NCBI GenBank assembly: GCA_001687465.1
Contig: LVLI01000042.1
Coordinates: forward strand, 1-38,438
Direction of reading: 5' to 3'
DNA: 38,438 nt
DNA from: Halocafeteria seosinensis
Taxonomy: Eukaryota
Shown piece by piece: positions 33,650 through 38,438 of this stretch. The position numbers and the translations under genes are program-made. The notes below the pieces were generated by a model. The model was not told where the DNA came from. It saw only the letters and a list, made by a program, of their open reading frames with translations, and ran no database searches. Position 1 is the first letter of the stretch. Every line of letters starts with the position of its first letter.

Positions 33650-35309
33650 GCTCTCATGGGGAAGCACGCAATTGTCTCAAAGCGAGGTACACGGGCCTAC
33701 AACAAACGGTAGAACAAGAAGAGTGCCACGTAGAGTGGACGTCGGTGGCTTTGCGAGACGACCGGTCAGTGACTGGGGGCCCCAGAGGCTGGGCCCCAGA
33801 CACATTCACATTTCCAGTAGCCCTTGCAAACCTGCTTGGGAGCGTATAATGACCTATTCATAGGTTTAGTCAATAAGACAAAATCGGTGTACAAACGGTT
33901 CAGGATTGTTGGGTGTGTGTTCACCGTCCGCGCAATGTGAGTCGGAAGAGTGTCTCGTATCCCTTTCACTGCTTTGGATGGTACCAACTTTGGCGCTTCC
34001 TCTGGAACTGCAGCTGCCACTATGGCGCTATTGTCAAATGAGTTGGTGTGTTTAAACGTGCTGCAGCTAACTTCTGCTGGGACCGCCTGGAGTCCGAAAG
34101 CCAGGCCTGCCAACTACCGCGGTGTGACGCCAACTACCTGGTGTGGTTGTACCATTGAGAGATGAATTGCTCGATGGTGTGAACTCTCCTGGATTTGTTG
34201 GGACTTAGGAGAAGTTCTAGTTCGAAGATGCGACGATCGTTCATATAACTAGGCACTTCCACTACATATTCCAACGGAACTCGGCAGAATTTCGCGCAAA
34301 GACTAACATTGAAGAATCATATCCATAAATTGGACATTGAGACGTCAACTTCGATTTGGTCTTTGACTCTCTAATTCTCTGGACTTTGCAAGGTAGGGGA
34401 GAAACGTAAATAGGACGTTTCAGTTTTCGGCGCACTGTTGTGACTACCGGTAGATTGCATCTTTGGTGTACACTGCTCAATGCTACGCGCGTTGATGAGA
34501 CGAGCAAGACGGGGGTACTGACGTCTTCCAGCAGCAGCGCGAAAAGAAACTGAGAATATGTTAATTAGCCGGTTGAAGACGATTTCCGGAATCTGTCCGT
34601 ATCTTCATGATATATGCATACAGTATACACGAACCATATTTCCCATGTTGAATTAGTCATCTCTATATTCTAAGAGGCACGGGCAACGCGTAGACTGTCG
34701 CCGCCAATAAAGAAGAAAGTCATCAATGAGTGTAAACCCAAGGGTATATTCGTCGTTTCACAATTCTCGTAAACGATTCGATAAAACAAAATGAAAATTA
34801 ATACCAATAGCACCGTGATGACGGTTAAGTGCGGTAGCTGAAATGAAACACCACACAAGATTCCAGGAAGTCAATGCTAAATACGCCGACAGCAATTCGT
34901 TTATTGACCAAGAGACTCACAGAAAGAGAAATACAGTACGGCCCCGGTCCCTAAACTCGTTCCCATCCCACAAAGACCGTAGATGTGATTCCCGTGAGTA
35001 AGGTTAGCATTCCTCGAATGAATCGTGCTACGCGGAGAAAAACGGGCGAATCACAGTCGTCATTCAGGCCGTTATCGTGTGCAATAGACAGTGTTAAGTT
35101 CGCCATAACCAATGCAAAACGTGCCCGTGTATGATGGCGTCCCGGGGATGGTAAGTGGTGTGCTGCTCTATGCCCCCATGTACATGGCGGAGCCCCACAG
35201 ACAGACCAGAACCAACACGTTGCGCAAATTTCGAAGAGCACTCCAGCCATGCCCGAAGTATAATAGAGGACACTAGCTTGTATAGCATATACCACGGTAG
35301 CAGTTGACA

Positions 35310-36565
35310 TCACTCAAACTGCGGTGTGGCTACACCGCACCACAGAGGAGAGGTCTCATCCATGTGCGTGAGAGCCTCAATTGTACTATTTGCATGAAGC
35401 CGCTGCTTCGCTTCCATCATACCTGGAAGCGCGGTTCCAATATCCAACGGAAGTAGAGGGAAATACCCATTCTCGGTTTTCGTCCCAAACATCTTTACGG
35501 CAGTTTCCAGCGTTTCTTCATGGAATTTCAACGAAGCAACGAACCGGTAAGTTGACTTCAAGGGATCTTCTTCACCCAGTTCCTTCCGCAAATCTTCGAA
35601 CCTCTGCCTAGCCGCAGACTTCTTTCCCTTCACCACTAGGCCATTAATGGCATCTTTCCTCTGAGCGTTTGTGAGATATTGCAGACTGGGATCTGTGGTC
35701 ATCGAAGCTGCTTCCATAGAGCCACTAAGTCGAAGTGTATGCTGGACTCCTATAGCGCACGGATCATGGGATTTGCTTCCAAACCCCAACAAGTCAAAGC
35801 CTGCCACCTTCGACAAAAACACGAGAAGACGTCCACGGTGAAATTTGACCTCACTAGTAGGTGATGATCGCAGTGATTGTATCAAATGATTCAGCTCGCC
35901 GTAAACAGATGAACCACCATGCGTCGCGTTCCTGCAGTGCGTGAATGGTGCGATCACATCATCTAATTCCTTCTGTATCATCTTGCATTTTTCCCTAAAC
36001 GCAGGGTCTCCGTGTGACTGTGCCCAACTTTCGATGTACCATAGCATTGGCTTGAACAACTTCCACACCGTCTTCTGGTCATCACTGCCTGCTCTCAGGG
36101 AACGACGCAGTACCCAGTGGGCAAAAACACCTTCAGCCTCTTCACCCAGCCCGTCGGCCTGGATATAAAAATTGTTCTGAATAACATCCAAAGAAATTTT
36201 AAATGTCTCTGCTTCCATAGCTTCATTTTTCATCAAACGGTTGCCATACTCCATAATAATATCCCTTACTATAGGTTCGTCTTCCGTCAGTGCCACCTCA
36301 TTGCGTTTATCGATACGTGCAACGCTGGTACCGACAATCCAGTCAAGCGCTTTCCTACCCAGTGGAACATCAGGAACGTCAAGTGAAATCGCCAAATAAA
36401 GTACAAGTACGCCCTTCCAACAACGCGTCCCTGACCGGAAAGCACGCTCAACAAGATCCTTGAGCGTTGTTCGGACTGCACTGGCAGACTCACGTGCGGA
36501 ATCTAACAAAACTTCCTTCGCCGAAGCATTAGGATAAGCGCGTATGCACTGACGTAAGGCCGATG
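35310..36565 (-). CDS. Hypothetical, probably alpha-helical protein; likely the 3' part of a larger decayed gene
   Basis: About 1.25 kb of open frame with protein-like composition, no convincing start codon and no family I recognise. Confidence 0.45.
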
Positions 36566-36648
36566 CTTACGGTTCAACAAAAACGAAAACGAAACTGGAT
36601 TTTTTTTTGTTTTTTGTTGAAACAGGCTTCACTACGTCTTACGGTTCA
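36566..36648. mobile_element. 61-bp A/T-rich foldback insertion flanked by 11-bp direct repeats (candidate target-site duplication)
   Basis: CTTACGGTTCA at 36566-36576 and 36638-36648. Internal TTCAACAAAAA...TTTTTGTTGAA inverted pair. Confidence 0.65.
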
Positions 36649-38438
36649 GCAACTTTTCAAATTAGTTGAAGTAGTTCCGTTTGGAATTCCAATTGGAGTA
36701 TACCGTATACGGCATCTTTGTCGACATAGAGCACTGTACAACCATACAGTCAAAGGAGCGCTGCTCAACAACATAATATCACGAGGGTATAATGCACTGA
36801 GAGAATATGGGGAACACTAGTAGCCGTTTGCCTTCGAGCAGAAGTGACGAAAGGCCGACTTCCATCTGTCAGTGTGACAACAAACGTATAAATGGGGAAA
36901 AAAGCTTGTTCAGCATTCGATATTTGTTTCCAAAAGAAGCAGGTCGCCATCTCGATAACTATCCGCAGATTGCAGTAGTTGATTTGCGACGACAGCGCCA
37001 TCAATTTTGCCCTTAACATTCCTCACAATCATGGCAGCCAAAACCACCTCACTCATTACCAAACCATACTACTTTGTTTGGCCATTCGTCAATTTATCTA
37101 CATTACACTCGTTTATTGTGAGAGCCGACAGTGTCCTGCTTGTTTTCAACAGCGTGTGACACGAGGTCCTCCGTTGGGTAGCACCGTACATATAGTGTCC
37201 CACTGACTTTCGCTATCTTTGAAGGTAGCTGCAGCACGACGCACACATTCACCAGATCTGAGAGCTTATCTTGAGTCTTTACTGACGCAATTCAATACAC
37301 TTGGCTTTCAACCTGATGCTGTTGGAGACGACGATGTGGAGCACGGAGACTTCTTCTCACGGTCCAGATCCTCTCCTGCACGAAACTCATCGCCAGCAAC
37401 TTTCGATTCAGAAATCTCTGGATAGCCTGATGAGAGAGATGATCCAAGAAACTGGGAAACAGTCGTAGTATCCTGACCCTCCTTTTGGCGTTCAGAGTTT
37501 GACGAAGCTGATCCAGCGTTTCTTCAGCATCGGAAACAGCCTTTCATGTACGATGATTTTCATCATTTGCACCGAATTGCTCCGCCATCTTGAAGAGATG
37601 GTCGACTTGACTCTGCTGCGCGTCGATCTGAGTTTGCAGAATGAGCATATCTTGCTGTTCCTGACGGGCTCGACTTCGGCTCTTCGCTGTGCCAGGTCGG
37701 CTGCGCAAAAGCGAGCTTGAACGGAGCCTCCAAGTTGGAACTCTGGTGCTTCGTGCCCATGGTTTTCCTTTTTACGCAAAGCTGCGTCGCTTGTTCGGGA
37801 TTGCGTCTTCCGGTAGGAGCAACACTAATACCCACTCCCTGTGAGGACTGTAGCGACCGAGCGAGAATAATCGGCAGGACACTGGACCCCACAATTTAAA
37901 CGATAAGCAACCATTGGAACTCCAATTGCCTGGACATGATTCCTGAGTACTAGTATTGCCCACATCAGCACGCATTTTCTTCAAAATGTAGTCATCGAAG
38001 TCCTCTATTGGGCAAGGTCCTATCCGCGTTTAAGAAAGCTGATGCATGCGCAAGTGCTTTCTTGCAACCGAGGGCATCCGTTGCCTTTGTATGTAGATTT
38101 CGTCCATCAATTCTCGCTATACCATTGACAGTAGGTCGGAGCAAAGTACAAGTCTGGTGAGAGCGCTCTTCCTACGATGACCAGAACGTGGGCGTGTTAG
38201 GCTTGTCTTTTAGGACGGCAGTTCGTCCATTGTTACCACCTTCGTTCCCAGATTGGTTGTTAGTGATGCTCTCAAAATCGCACAATCCTTTCGATACACA
38301 TGCACGGACACAGATGTGACGGATATGTCCCAACAAAGTGCTAAGCAAGAGCCAAGAGCCAGGAGCCGCTGTTCGCTGCAGCTCTTTGTGGAGCAAGGCG
38401 TTAATGTACTCTTTGTATAGTTGCACTTTATTGGTGTG
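36649..38438 (-). pseudogene. Degenerate coding sequence of an unknown, partly coiled-coil protein
   Basis: Protein-like stretches interrupted by stops and frame changes. Examples: QEQQDMLILQTQIDAQQSQVDHLFKMAEQFGANDENHRT*KAVSDAEETLDQLRQTL (TGA at 37544-37546), EVVLAAMIVRNVKGKIDGAVVANQLLQS, and LYKEYINALLHKELQR. Confidence 0.45.
37805..37840 (+). repeat. Dispersed GTCTTCCGGTAGGAGCAA motif, copy 3
   Basis: Matches 310-350 with 3 substitutions and a 5-nt indel. Confidence 0.8.

Noticed and set aside
33766..35313. Small, partly hydrophobic ORFs (33766..34113, 34670..34858, 34951..35313)
   Set aside because: No motif or coherent exon structure. Possibly decayed sequence, but unsupported.
1..38438. 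CRISPR arrays, tRNA or rRNA genes, prokaryotic operons
   Set aside because: No regularly spaced repeats or RNA-gene signatures seen, and spliceosomal introns show the DNA is eukaryotic.

Overview
Eukaryotic nuclear DNA with short GT-AG introns and a standard genetic code. Gene content suggests a heterotrophic protist, possibly a stramenopile (inference only). The left ~6 kb is housekeeping: a class IV/bacterial-type HDAC-family deacylase, a type II membrane FAM20/Four-jointed-like kinase, and head-to-head mitochondrial uL23 and NDUFB10 genes. A GLUG-type repeat, Ser/Thr-rich surface protein follows. The centre (11.4-30.2 kb) holds two head-to-head paralogous ~2,900-3,000 aa secreted proteins (signal peptide, Cys-rich GCC2/GCC3-like repeats, cadherin repeats, IPT/TIG repeats). 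The minus copy has frameshifts and a stop, and both copies lose homology abruptly at the C-terminus with no membrane anchor. The most striking structure is a 1.83-kb unit (9516-11348) bounded by GCATAC direct repeats. It carries a 1.37-kb promoterless near-copy of part of the plus-strand cadherin gene. Its right and left ends occur fused around a single GCATAC, inside an imperfect inverted repeat, at positions 1-71. This is the attL/attR/attP-like geometry of a tyrosine-recombinase-type element with a circular intermediate, but no recombinase is encoded in the window. The right end holds an RNI-like LRR gene and a decayed unknown gene with a small insertion flanked by 11-bp direct repeats.
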